From the NCBI GenBank assembly GCA_902580855.1, contig CACHMF010000002.1, forward strand, positions 5,444 to 69,443: a stretch of DNA of 64,000 nt. Reading direction: 5' to 3'. Both the position numbers and the translations under genes were made by a program. Below the pieces are notes generated by a model that was not told the origin of the DNA, did not search any database, and worked only from the letters and a program-made list of their open reading frames with translations. The stretch comes from an uncultured Bacteroidota bacterium (lineage in GTDB: Bacteria; Bacteroidota; Bacteroidia; Flavobacteriales; UBA7312). Below are positions 41,735 through 49,872 of this stretch, piece by piece (the first letter of the stretch is position 1; each line of letters starts with the position of its first letter).

Positions 41735-42142
41735 CTAAACGTTATTTAGCTGTTCAACAATAATGAATAAATTCATCATTAGTGTTAATAAGGTTAATGA
41801 AATTGTTGATATATGAAGTATACTCCATAATCTCATTTGTGAATTATCCTTTGCTTTGTTTATTAGCGGAGTAACTAAATAACTGGATAACATAAAAGCA
41901 AATGAAAGAGTGTAAAGTAATTTTGAAAATTCAATTTTTATATTATTGATTTGTATTACAAAAATTGATACCAAAGAAAAAAAAGAAATTAAAAGAAAAA
42001 ATTTTGGCCAGACATATCTTAAAAATCGACTTGCTTGTTTATTATCAATTAGCTTATTTATAGATGGAGCTATAAAAAATGATTGAAATAAAATTATTGA
42101 TGAAATAACGGACGAAATAATTAAGGGAAAATATTTTATCAT
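41735..42142 (-). CDS. Hypothetical 4-TM membrane protein (DUF4149/TMEM205-like, tentative)
   Basis: 135 aa with four hydrophobic segments. It lies between the two inverted-repeat arms. Confidence 0.4.
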   Translation of the reverse strand: MIKYFPLIISSVISSIILFQSFFIAPSINKLIDNKQASRFLRYVWPKFFLLISFFSLVSIFVIQINNIKIEFSKLLYTLSFAFMLSSYLVTPLINKAKDNSQMRLWSILHISTISLTLLTLMMNLFIIVEQLNNV

Positions 42143-42165
42143 TATTTTTAGATTTATTTGATTAC

Positions 42166-42187
42166 AAAAAAGACCCTTTGATGGGTC
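42166..42187 (-). terminator. Rho-independent terminator downstream of the Kelch/T9SS gene
   Basis: GACCC-tttgat-GGGTC hairpin (42172-42187), with T6 after it on the minus strand and a T-run after it on the plus strand. Confidence 0.55.
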
Positions 42188-42215
42188 ATTTTTTCTTTCA
42201 AAATGTCAAAACGTT

Positions 42216-44168
42216 TTACTTAAGTATAATTCTGTCATTAATAATCACATTATCAGATGTAATTAATAATAAATATACTCCTTTAATGTTACCAGTTAAA
42301 TCTATTTTCTTATCAAGAATATCATCAAAATTTTCAATAGTTTCATTATAAATAATTTCTCCTAGGATATTCATCACTTTTATATTGACTAAATCAAAAT
42401 CATTTTTGATAAAAGTTAAATTGAACATATCTTTTGAAGGATTTGGATATATTTTATATTTTATTTTTCTGTGATCTAAAATATTTGTGTTAGTACATTC
42501 TAATTCACATACTGATAATGAACTGTACAATCCATTACCTGTTCCTGGATCAAAACAATTACCTTGACCATCACAATCCCAAGAAGAAGGAGGAAACACA
42601 CAAGGTATCTCAACTTCAATATTGTAATAATAATAATAATAACCAGAAACTCCAGCGCTTGATTCTGTAATACTCAACGCACCTCCAATGACATATGGAT
42701 AATTGGCTCCGGTGTTATTTCTAAAAAGACCAGAATTATTAGTACTTGTTCCAAGTTGTAAATTAGTTCCAACAGGGCAATCAAAATTTAGAATTAACTG
42801 TTGCATACCAGGAGTTACTGTATGAGTTGTATCATCAATTACATTTCCGTTGTCATCTCTTAATTCAAAAGTTATTGTATTATTAATTTCTGCTTCAAAA
42901 AATGCCGACTTAATCACACATTCTTCATAGACATCAATTAAAAGGTGTTGATCACCATAGAAATATCCTCCGGAAGAACTGTTGTTGTCTATTATACCTC
43001 CTATACAGTTTGTAGTATTAGCATTGGGATTATAATTATCTGCAATAGGATTAATACATCCAAGAATAGGATAAATGCATGTTGAATTATCTTCAAAACA
43101 AACATTCGAGTCAAAATTAATAGCATATGGATCTGAACAACCTGCAACATAGCAGCAAGATCCGTCATCATAAATTGCTTGGGAAGAAAAATTTATAGCA
43201 TTTGGATCCATACAACCACAATCCTCACTTAGCTTATATGTGTAAGTATTTGTTACTAAAGTTCCTGGAGTAGTATTATTATCTTGACCCAATAAAAAAT
43301 AAAGATCACAGCCTAATACAAAACATCCTGGAGCCCAAATTGAATTACCAGGGTGCGAGGGAAGTTGGGTCCATTGATCTAAGCTAGAATCATACTCCCA
43401 AAACTCACCACTATCTAAAGATTGATGATCGTCACCATCACCACTTAATACATAACCTTTATTATTATAGCTAAATTGCGTTCCAGCGACTCTAGCTTCA
43501 GAAGGAAAATCATTTAGTTGTATCCATTGATCATTATTTGGTAAATACTTCCAAAAATCCTTATAAATGTAATTCCCATAGTTGTCTGGATTTGATCCAT
43601 GTCCAAAACCTACATAAACTTCATCATTAATACCAAAATAAAAAGGATGGTGCCTTGTATAGCTTGGCAAATCAGGTTTTTGAATCCAATTATTAGTGGC
43701 AATATCATATTCCCACCAATCATTGAAGTTACCCATATCACTACTACCGCAACCCATAAAAATTTTATCTGAGGTAGCTACCATTGCAGGATGATTTCTT
43801 CCAAGACCAGGTAAAGAAGATAATTGAGTCCAAGTTTCAGTGGTCATATTAAATTCCCACCAATCATTATAATAATTAGCAAATTCATCAGAACCAAAAC
43901 CCATGTAAGCTTTGTTGTTTACAGTTACACCATATGAATATCCTCTATTTCCTCCAGGAAAGTCAGCTAGTTGACTCCAACTATTAGTAGACTTGACATA
44001 TTTGTAAACATTATTAGTATAGCTTCCACTTACTACATATGCAATAGAATCATTAGAAAATGTGATTGGATGGTGAACCCCATTAAAAGGGAATGGAACA
44101 CTTGGCAACCAGCTTTGCGCAAAACAAAACAACGGCAAAATAAAAAAAAGTTGTATAAATTTTTTCAT
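42216..44168 (-). CDS. Secreted Kelch-repeat protein with Cys-rich CxDPxAxN[FY] repeats, Cys-rich linker and T9SS type-A C-terminal sorting domain
   Basis: Signal peptide. Repeated Kelch-like blades (NDWWEF..W, NDWWEYD..W, KDFWKY..W, GEFWEYD..W). Three repeats: GCMDPNAINF, GCSDPYAINF and GCINPIADNY. Then SWDCDGQGNCFDPGTGNGLYSSLSVCELEC and the C-terminal KIYPNPSKDMFNL...GVYLLLI...RIILK. Confidence 0.8.
   Translation of the reverse strand: MKKFIQLFFILPLFCFAQSWLPSVPFPFNGVHHPITFSNDSIAYVVSGSYTNNVYKYVKSTNSWSQLADFPGGNRGYSYGVTVNNKAYMGFGSDEFANYYNDWWEFNMTTETWTQLSSLPGLGRNHPAMVATSDKIFMGCGSSDMGNFNDWWEYDIATNNWIQKPDLPSYTRHHPFYFGINDEVYVGFGHGSNPDNYGNYIYKDFWKYLPNNDQWIQLNDFPSEARVAGTQFSYNNKGYVLSGDGDDHQSLDSGEFWEYDSSLDQWTQLPSHPGNSIWAPGCFVLGCDLYFLLGQDNNTTPGTLVTNTYTYKLSEDCGCMDPNAINFSSQAIYDDGSCCYVAGCSDPYAINFDSNVCFEDNSTCIYPILGCINPIADNYNPNANTTNCIGGIIDNNSSSGGYFYGDQHLLIDVYEECVIKSAFFEAEINNTITFELRDDNGNVIDDTTHTVTPGMQQLILNFDCPVGTNLQLGTSTNNSGLFRNNTGANYPYVIGGALSITESSAGVSGYYYYYYNIEVEIPCVFPPSSWDCDGQGNCFDPGTGNGLYSSLSVCELECTNTNILDHRKIKYKIYPNPSKDMFNLTFIKNDFDLVNIKVMNILGEIIYNETIENFDDILDKKIDLTGNIKGVYLLLITSDNVIINDRIILK
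42514..42584 (-). repeat. Inverted-repeat arm B (partner of 41461-41531)
   Basis: The reverse complement reads TCTTGGGATTGTGATGGTCAAGGTAATTGTTTTGATCCAGGAACAGGTAATGGATTGTACAGTTCATTATC. It is in the same codon phase as arm A, since both begin at codon position 1 of their genes. Confidence 0.95.
42625..42642 (-). repeat. (TAA)6 trinucleotide microsatellite inside the Kelch/T9SS gene, encoding Tyr6
   Basis: Plus-strand taataataataataataa. The minus strand gives TAT x6 in frame (GYYYYYYN). Confidence 0.9.
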
Positions 44169-44266
44169 AAATATTTATACAAATATAAAATTATAATTAA
44201 TCATTTTAAACTTTTAGAATTTATTTTACTAAGACAATTCTATTAATGAAATACTTGATTAGACAA

Positions 44267-45403
44267 TTAATAAAGTAGGTAGGGTCTTCTCATTTCACAG
44301 AAGTCAACCAAATCATCTTGCCATTTGTTCTTAATTTGTTTAGCAGACATTCCTGCAATTATTTGCTCTTTTAGTGCATCTGTTCCAGAAAGATTGTTGA
44401 AAAAATTATTAAAGAATTTATCTTTATTAGGAGCTTTATTATAGGAATCTATCAACCAATCCAAGTTTATTTCAGAAAGCAACATGTTTTTTCGTAAATC
44501 AAAGCCAAAACAAGTTTTTCCTTCATGCTTAGGAAATTTACTTCCTGGACCACTTTTTGGTGTAAACATATAGCTTCCCTTTAAATAAGGTGCTCCGAAA
44601 TGCTGAAATGGATATTCCGTACCTCTTCCAACACTAACAGTTGTGCCTTCGAATAAACATAATGATGGATAAAGATTCACTGCTCTATCATTTGGTAAAT
44701 TTGGAGAAGGTTTAATAGGCAAGGAATAAGGTATATGTCTTTGATAAAAATTCATTGACACCACTAATAAGTCGCAAGGTGTTGAAATCCAATCCTCCCC
44801 ATTAATCATTTTCGCATATTCACCAATTGTCATACCGTGAACAATAGGTACAGGGTGCATCCCAACAAATGACCTAAAAGCGGTATCTAATATAGGGCCG
44901 TCTACATAATGACCATTGGGATTTGGTCTATCCAAAACTATCACTGAAACTCCATTTTCTGCAGCAGCTTCCATAACATAATGAAGTGTAGAAATATAAG
45001 TGTAAAAACGCGCACCTACATCTTGTATATCAAATAAAATAATATCAACATCATCAAGCTGTTGTGGAGATGGCTTTTTATTTTGACCGTATAAGGAAAT
45101 AATAGGAAGTCCTGATTGTTTATCAATTCCATCGAATACTTTAGCACCTGCATCAGCAGTTCCTCTAAAACCATGCTCAGGAGAAAATACCTTAACAACA
45201 TCTACCTCTAAAGAAAGCAAACTATCAACTAAATGAGTCTTACCTAACGTAGAGGTTTGATTACCTACCACAGCAACCTTTTGAGCTTCTAATAAGGGAA
45301 GATATATATGAGTCTGTTCTACTCCCAATTTAAACTGACCCTGCACACACGCAAATTGTGAACAACAAAAGAGTAAAACGAATATTTGCGTAATTTTAGC
45401 CAT
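44267..45403 (-). CDS. DUF1343 family protein (exo-beta-N-acetylmuramidase NamZ-like)
   Basis: Signal peptide. VGNQTS...KVFSPEHGFRG and the downstream FDIQDVGARFYTY and DRPNPNG motifs are typical of DUF1343/NamZ. Confidence 0.75.
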   Translation of the reverse strand: MAKITQIFVLLFCCSQFACVQGQFKLGVEQTHIYLPLLEAQKVAVVGNQTSTLGKTHLVDSLLSLEVDVVKVFSPEHGFRGTADAGAKVFDGIDKQSGLPIISLYGQNKKPSPQQLDDVDIILFDIQDVGARFYTYISTLHYVMEAAAENGVSVIVLDRPNPNGHYVDGPILDTAFRSFVGMHPVPIVHGMTIGEYAKMINGEDWISTPCDLLVVSMNFYQRHIPYSLPIKPSPNLPNDRAVNLYPSLCLFEGTTVSVGRGTEYPFQHFGAPYLKGSYMFTPKSGPGSKFPKHEGKTCFGFDLRKNMLLSEINLDWLIDSYNKAPNKDKFFNNFFNNLSGTDALKEQIIAGMSAKQIKNKWQDDLVDFCEMRRPYLLY

Positions 45404-45410
45404 TCTAATT

Positions 45411-46628
45411 ATGAATATAGAACTCTTTTTAGCTCAACGACTCAACAATCAGACAAGCAGTCGATTTTCACGACCCATTATTCGTGTCGCAACCTTAGCA
45501 ATTGCCTTGAGCGTAGCTGTTATGATTATAGCTACAAGCGTTGTAAAGGGTTTTCAAAAAGAAATTCGTAACAAAGTTATTGGTTTTGGTTCGCATATTC
45601 AAATCACACATTTCGCAGATGGGAATTCTTATGACTCACAAAAAGTCAGTAAAACAGACTCTTTGAAAATTTCATTGGAAGTTATTGATGGTATTACACA
45701 TATACAAAACTTTGCTACCAAACCAGGGATTATAAAAACAAAAGAAGAAATTCAAGGTGTTGTTCTGAAAGGTGTAGGAAGTGATTTCAATCCTTCTTTC
45801 TTCAATTCTAATTTAAAAGCAGGAAGTGTTACAATGTTTAATGACACGCTTACTTCCAACAAAATCCTAATATCCAATAAACTTGCCAAACAATTAGAGT
45901 TGCAAGTAAATGATAAAATGATGATGTATTTCGTACAAAATCCTCCAAGGGCAAGAACTTTTGAGATCAGTGGGATTTACGAAACTGGACTCACAGAATT
46001 GGATGAGTTAATTGTAATAGCAGACATTCGCCACATTCAAAAACTAAATAAATGGAAAAATAACGAAAGTGGAGGGCTTGAAATTAATATTGCAAATTTT
46101 GATAATATCGATGCCTTAACACAGCAGATTTACCAGTATTTAGGCTTTGATTTAAATGCGCAAAACATTAAAGATTTACATCCTCAAATCTTCGATTGGC
46201 TCAATTTGCAAGACTTAAATGTACAAGTTATCATTATCTTGATGATTATTGTTGCTTCCATAAATATGATAACAGCTTTATTGATTTTAATTTTAGAGCG
46301 CACCCAAGTAATTGGCATACTTAAAGCATTAGGCGCTAACAATTGGAGTATTCGAAAAATCTTTTTATTTAATTCTTTTTACATTATTCGCAAAGGTCTT
46401 TTTTTGGGAAATATTATAGGTGTTGGATTAGCACTTATTCAGTATTACTTTGAACCCATTCATTTAGATGAAGTAACCTATTACATTTCTGTTGTACCAA
46501 TACACTTAAAACTTTCACATTTAATTTTATTGAATTTGGGCGCACTTATTATCTGTTGGGCAACGCTGATTATTCCATCATATCTTATCACGAAAATCAC
46601 ACCCATAAAAGCCATTCGTTTCGAATAA
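45411..46628 (+). CDS. ABC transporter permease, LolC/LolE (FtsX/MacB-type) family
   Basis: The N-terminus MNIELFLAQRL...SRFSRPIIRVA is typical of LolC/E. Large periplasmic loop and a C-terminal FtsX-like 3-TM bundle (ILKALGA). Confidence 0.85.
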   Translation: MNIELFLAQRLNNQTSSRFSRPIIRVATLAIALSVAVMIIATSVVKGFQKEIRNKVIGFGSHIQITHFADGNSYDSQKVSKTDSLKISLEVIDGITHIQNFATKPGIIKTKEEIQGVVLKGVGSDFNPSFFNSNLKAGSVTMFNDTLTSNKILISNKLAKQLELQVNDKMMMYFVQNPPRARTFEISGIYETGLTELDELIVIADIRHIQKLNKWKNNESGGLEINIANFDNIDALTQQIYQYLGFDLNAQNIKDLHPQIFDWLNLQDLNVQVIIILMIIVASINMITALLILILERTQVIGILKALGANNWSIRKIFLFNSFYIIRKGLFLGNIIGVGLALIQYYFEPIHLDEVTYYISVVPIHLKLSHLILLNLGALIICWATLIIPSYLITKITPIKAIRFE

Positions 46629-46657
46629 TAAAGACGAGTTTTAATAAATTTGCAAAT

Positions 46658-47635
46658 ATGAAATATTACAATCACATTATTGAAACAATAGGAAACACAC
46701 CGTTGGTAAAGCTGAATAGAGTAATTGATACTGAGGCAACTGTTTTAGCAAAAATTGAGAGTTTTAATCCGGGACACTCTACAAAAGATAGAATGGCTCT
46801 AAAAATGATTGAAGATGCAGAAAAGAATGGTTTACTAAAAAAAGGAGGAACAGTTATTGAAGGTACTTCTGGAAATACTGGAATGGGACTTGCACTAGCA
46901 TGTATTCAAAAAGGATATAAACTTATCTGTACCATTTCAGATAAACAATCAAAAGAAAAAATTGATATTCTTAAGGCAATGGGTGCTGAAATATATACTT
47001 GTCCTACTAATGTCCCTCCAGATCACCCCGAATCGTATTATTCAGTAGCAAAAAGACTTAACAAAGAAATACCAAACTCTTTTTATCCAAATCAATACGA
47101 CAATCTATCAAACAGGAAGGCTCATTACGAAACAACCGGTCCTGAAATATGGGAACAGACAAATGGGAAAATCACGCATTTTATTGTTGGTGTTGGAACT
47201 GGTGGAACGATTTCTGGTATTGCTCAATTTTTAAAAGAGAAAAATCCTAATATTAAAATTTGGGGAGTAGATAGCTATGGATCTGTTTACAAAAAATATC
47301 ATGAAACTGGAATTTTTGATGAAAAAGAAATTTATTCATACTTAACAGAGGGAATTGGAGAAGATATCATAGCTAAAAATGTAGATTTTAAATTAATTGA
47401 TTATTTCGAAAAAGTCACGGATAAAGACGGTGCATTATATGCTCGCAGACTAGCAAAAGAAGAAGGCATTCTCGCAGGCTACTCATGTGGAAGTGCAATT
47501 GCAGCAATTAATCAATTAAAACATAAACTGAATAAAGAAAGTATAATAGTTGTGCTTCTGCATGATCATGGAAGTAGATATGTTGGTAAAATATACAATG
47601 ATGACTGGATGCGTAAACAAGGTTTTATAGACTAA
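46658..47635 (+). CDS. PLP-dependent cysteine synthase / cystathionine beta-synthase family protein
   Basis: IGNTPLVKLN, PGHSTKDR (PLP-lysine) and TSGNTGMGLA motifs. The ATG at 46658 is preferred, because the track start at 46556 overlaps the permease gene. Confidence 0.85.
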   Translation: MKYYNHIIETIGNTPLVKLNRVIDTEATVLAKIESFNPGHSTKDRMALKMIEDAEKNGLLKKGGTVIEGTSGNTGMGLALACIQKGYKLICTISDKQSKEKIDILKAMGAEIYTCPTNVPPDHPESYYSVAKRLNKEIPNSFYPNQYDNLSNRKAHYETTGPEIWEQTNGKITHFIVGVGTGGTISGIAQFLKEKNPNIKIWGVDSYGSVYKKYHETGIFDEKEIYSYLTEGIGEDIIAKNVDFKLIDYFEKVTDKDGALYARRLAKEEGILAGYSCGSAIAAINQLKHKLNKESIIVVLLHDHGSRYVGKIYNDDWMRKQGFID

Positions 47636-47636
47636 A

Positions 47637-48419
47637 ATGCAGTTAAAAGATCAAATGAACAGAACAATCCGCATACAATATCCTCCAAAGCGGATTGTTT
47701 CTTTAGTACCATCTCAAACCGAATTATTATTCGATTTAGGATTAGAAAAAGAAGTGGTAGGAATTACTAAATTCTGTGTTCATCCAAATAATTGGTTTCG
47801 AAACAAAACAAGAGTAGGTGGTACTAAAAATTTAAATTTAGAACAAATAGGAAAACTAAAGCCCGACTTAATTTTAGCCAACAAAGAGGAAAACACAGAA
47901 TCAGAAATTAAACAATTGATAAAAGAATATACCGTTTGGATAAGCGATATACAAAACCTTGAGGATGCTATAGAAATGATTTTCCTGATTGGAAAAATGA
48001 CTAATACTAATACACAAGCCAAAATCATAATCAATAATATTCAAAAAGGATTTGATTTATTAACCCCTATACAAACAAAAAAGACTGCTTACTTTATTTG
48101 GCAAAATCCAATGATGAGTATTAACAAAAATCGATTTATTCATGACATGATGAGTCGATGTGGTTTTGAAAATATTTTTGCAATAACTGATAAAGATTAT
48201 CCAGAAATTTCTGAGGATCAGTTGCAAGAAGCAAATCCTGAAATCATATTGCTTTCTTCTGAACCTTTCCCTTTTAGAGATAAACACATAGAACAATTTA
48301 AAGAGATATGTCCAATGGCAATAATAAAGCTAGTGGATGGAGAAATGTTTTCATGGTATGGTAGCAGACTTCAGCATGCAACTAACTACTTCCAAAACCT
48401 TCTAAAATCAATCCCTTAA
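47637..48419 (+). CDS. BtuF-like / helical-backbone metal-receptor family binding protein (cobalamin- or metal-chelate-binding), no obvious signal peptide
   Basis: RIVSLVPSQTELLFDLGL and DLILAN motifs are typical of class III periplasmic binding proteins. The N-terminus MQLKDQMNRTIRIQYPPK lacks a hydrophobic signal segment. Confidence 0.6.
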   Translation: MQLKDQMNRTIRIQYPPKRIVSLVPSQTELLFDLGLEKEVVGITKFCVHPNNWFRNKTRVGGTKNLNLEQIGKLKPDLILANKEENTESEIKQLIKEYTVWISDIQNLEDAIEMIFLIGKMTNTNTQAKIIINNIQKGFDLLTPIQTKKTAYFIWQNPMMSINKNRFIHDMMSRCGFENIFAITDKDYPEISEDQLQEANPEIILLSSEPFPFRDKHIEQFKEICPMAIIKLVDGEMFSWYGSRLQHATNYFQNLLKSIP

Positions 48420-48453
48420 AAAGCTTATCTTTATAAAATCAAAATTAAGGCAC

Positions 48454-49530
48454 ATGAAAGCAGTAAAATTTGATAAAAATCACTCAAAAGATTTTGTCAC
48501 CGACTTAAGAAAAGATGTTGAAGAATACTTTAAAAAAAATAATATTTCCAGATATGGAAATTTTAATATGGCTATTAAAACAATAGTAATGTTAGGACTT
48601 TTTTTTGGCTCATATACTATTATTGTATCTGGAATTGTCGAAAATTCCTGGTTATTTTGGTCATTATGGCTAGTAATGGGTATTGGACTTGCTGGTATAG
48701 GAATGTGTATTATGCATGATGGTAATCATGGATCATATTCAAAAAATAAATTAATCAATAAGTTAATGGGATTAACACTTAATTTAGTTGGAGGTAGTGC
48801 TAAAAATTGGAAAATCCAGCATAACAAATTACATCATACATATACAAATGTTCATGAAATGGACCCTGATGTTAGCCCATTACCAATGTTGCGTTTTTCG
48901 CCAAAAGCTAAGCTTTTTAATTTTCATAAATATCAACATATTTATGCATGGTTCTTTTATGGCCTACTTTCATTTTCCTGGGCAACAATTAAAGAGTTTA
49001 TTCAGTTATCTAAATTTAAAAAAGAAGGTCACGTAAAAAAAGAAGAATATGGTTGGTTGATGGCTGAAATGATTTTTTGGAAAATCTTCTATTATGCATA
49101 CATGTTAGTATTACCAATGATTATGCTTGATATTTCATTTCCATATTGGTTTATGTGTTTCTTTAGCATGCATTTTGTAGCAGGAATTATTTTATCCACT
49201 ATTTTTCAAACAGCCCATGTAATGCCAGAGTGCGATTATCCAGAGCCAAACGAAGAAGGAACAATTGAGAATAATTGGGCAATTCATCAATTACAAACAA
49301 CAACAAATTACAAATCTAGCAAACTACTTTCATGGTATATTGGAGGTTTGGATTATCAAGTAGAACATCATTTGTTTCCAAATATTTGCCATATTCACTA
49401 TCGTGCACTATCAAAAATTGTAAAAAGAAATGCTAATAAGCATAACCTTCCATATTATTGTCAAAAAAATTATGCTGATGCAGTATGGGAGCACGGAAAA
49501 ATGCTCTACCAATTAGGTAGAGCTGCATAA
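48454..49530 (+). CDS. Membrane fatty acid desaturase, front-end-like (QxxHH third histidine box)
   Basis: Histidine boxes HDGNHG, HNKLHH and QVEHHLFP, with 4 TM segments. There is no cytochrome b5 domain. Confidence 0.8.
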   Translation: MKAVKFDKNHSKDFVTDLRKDVEEYFKKNNISRYGNFNMAIKTIVMLGLFFGSYTIIVSGIVENSWLFWSLWLVMGIGLAGIGMCIMHDGNHGSYSKNKLINKLMGLTLNLVGGSAKNWKIQHNKLHHTYTNVHEMDPDVSPLPMLRFSPKAKLFNFHKYQHIYAWFFYGLLSFSWATIKEFIQLSKFKKEGHVKKEEYGWLMAEMIFWKIFYYAYMLVLPMIMLDISFPYWFMCFFSMHFVAGIILSTIFQTAHVMPECDYPEPNEEGTIENNWAIHQLQTTTNYKSSKLLSWYIGGLDYQVEHHLFPNICHIHYRALSKIVKRNANKHNLPYYCQKNYADAVWEHGKMLYQLGRAA

Positions 49531-49559
49531 AAAAAACCCACTTTTCAGTGGGTTTTTTT
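49531..49559. terminator. Bidirectional rho-independent terminator between convergent desaturase and DUF3467/rpoC transcription units
   Basis: A6-CCCACT-tttc-AGTGGG-T7. The symmetric A/T runs allow function on both strands. Confidence 0.8.
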
Positions 49560-49562
49560 ATA

Positions 49563-49871
49563 TTATGCTTCTGCAGCAGGACCTCCAAAGGTTAGAGGTA
49601 CTACATTAGGATCAACATCTTTAATGTTTCCATGTTGCGTTTCAAACTTATTCACATTGTCTGCCAATGCTTTCATCAATCGCTTAGCATGTTGAGGAGT
49701 CAAGACAATTCTTGATTTAACTTTAGCTTTGGGAACACCCGGCATAACCTGAATAAAATCAACCACGAACTCCGAAGGAGAGTGATTGATAATAGCTAAA
49801 TTACTATAAGTTCCCTCTGCCACCTCTTCAGTTAACTCAATATTTAAGCCTTGCTTTTTTTCTTCTGACAT
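49563..49871 (-). CDS. DUF3467 domain-containing protein
   Basis: 102-aa protein immediately downstream of rpoC (1-nt gap). The sequence (YSNLAIINHSPSEFVVDFIQVMPG) matches my recollection of DUF3467, which commonly follows rpoC in Bacteroidota. Confidence 0.65.
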   Translation of the reverse strand: MSEEKKQGLNIELTEEVAEGTYSNLAIINHSPSEFVVDFIQVMPGVPKAKVKSRIVLTPQHAKRLMKALADNVNKFETQHGNIKDVDPNVVPLTFGGPAAEA

Positions 49872-49872
49872 A

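Noticed and set aside
41727-41749. 9-bp AT-rich hairpin CTAAATAAC-taaac-GTTATTTAG between the EEP gene and the convergent small membrane gene
   Set aside because: It overlaps the stop codon of the 135-aa gene and lacks a U-tract. A weak AT-only stem in AT-rich DNA may be chance.
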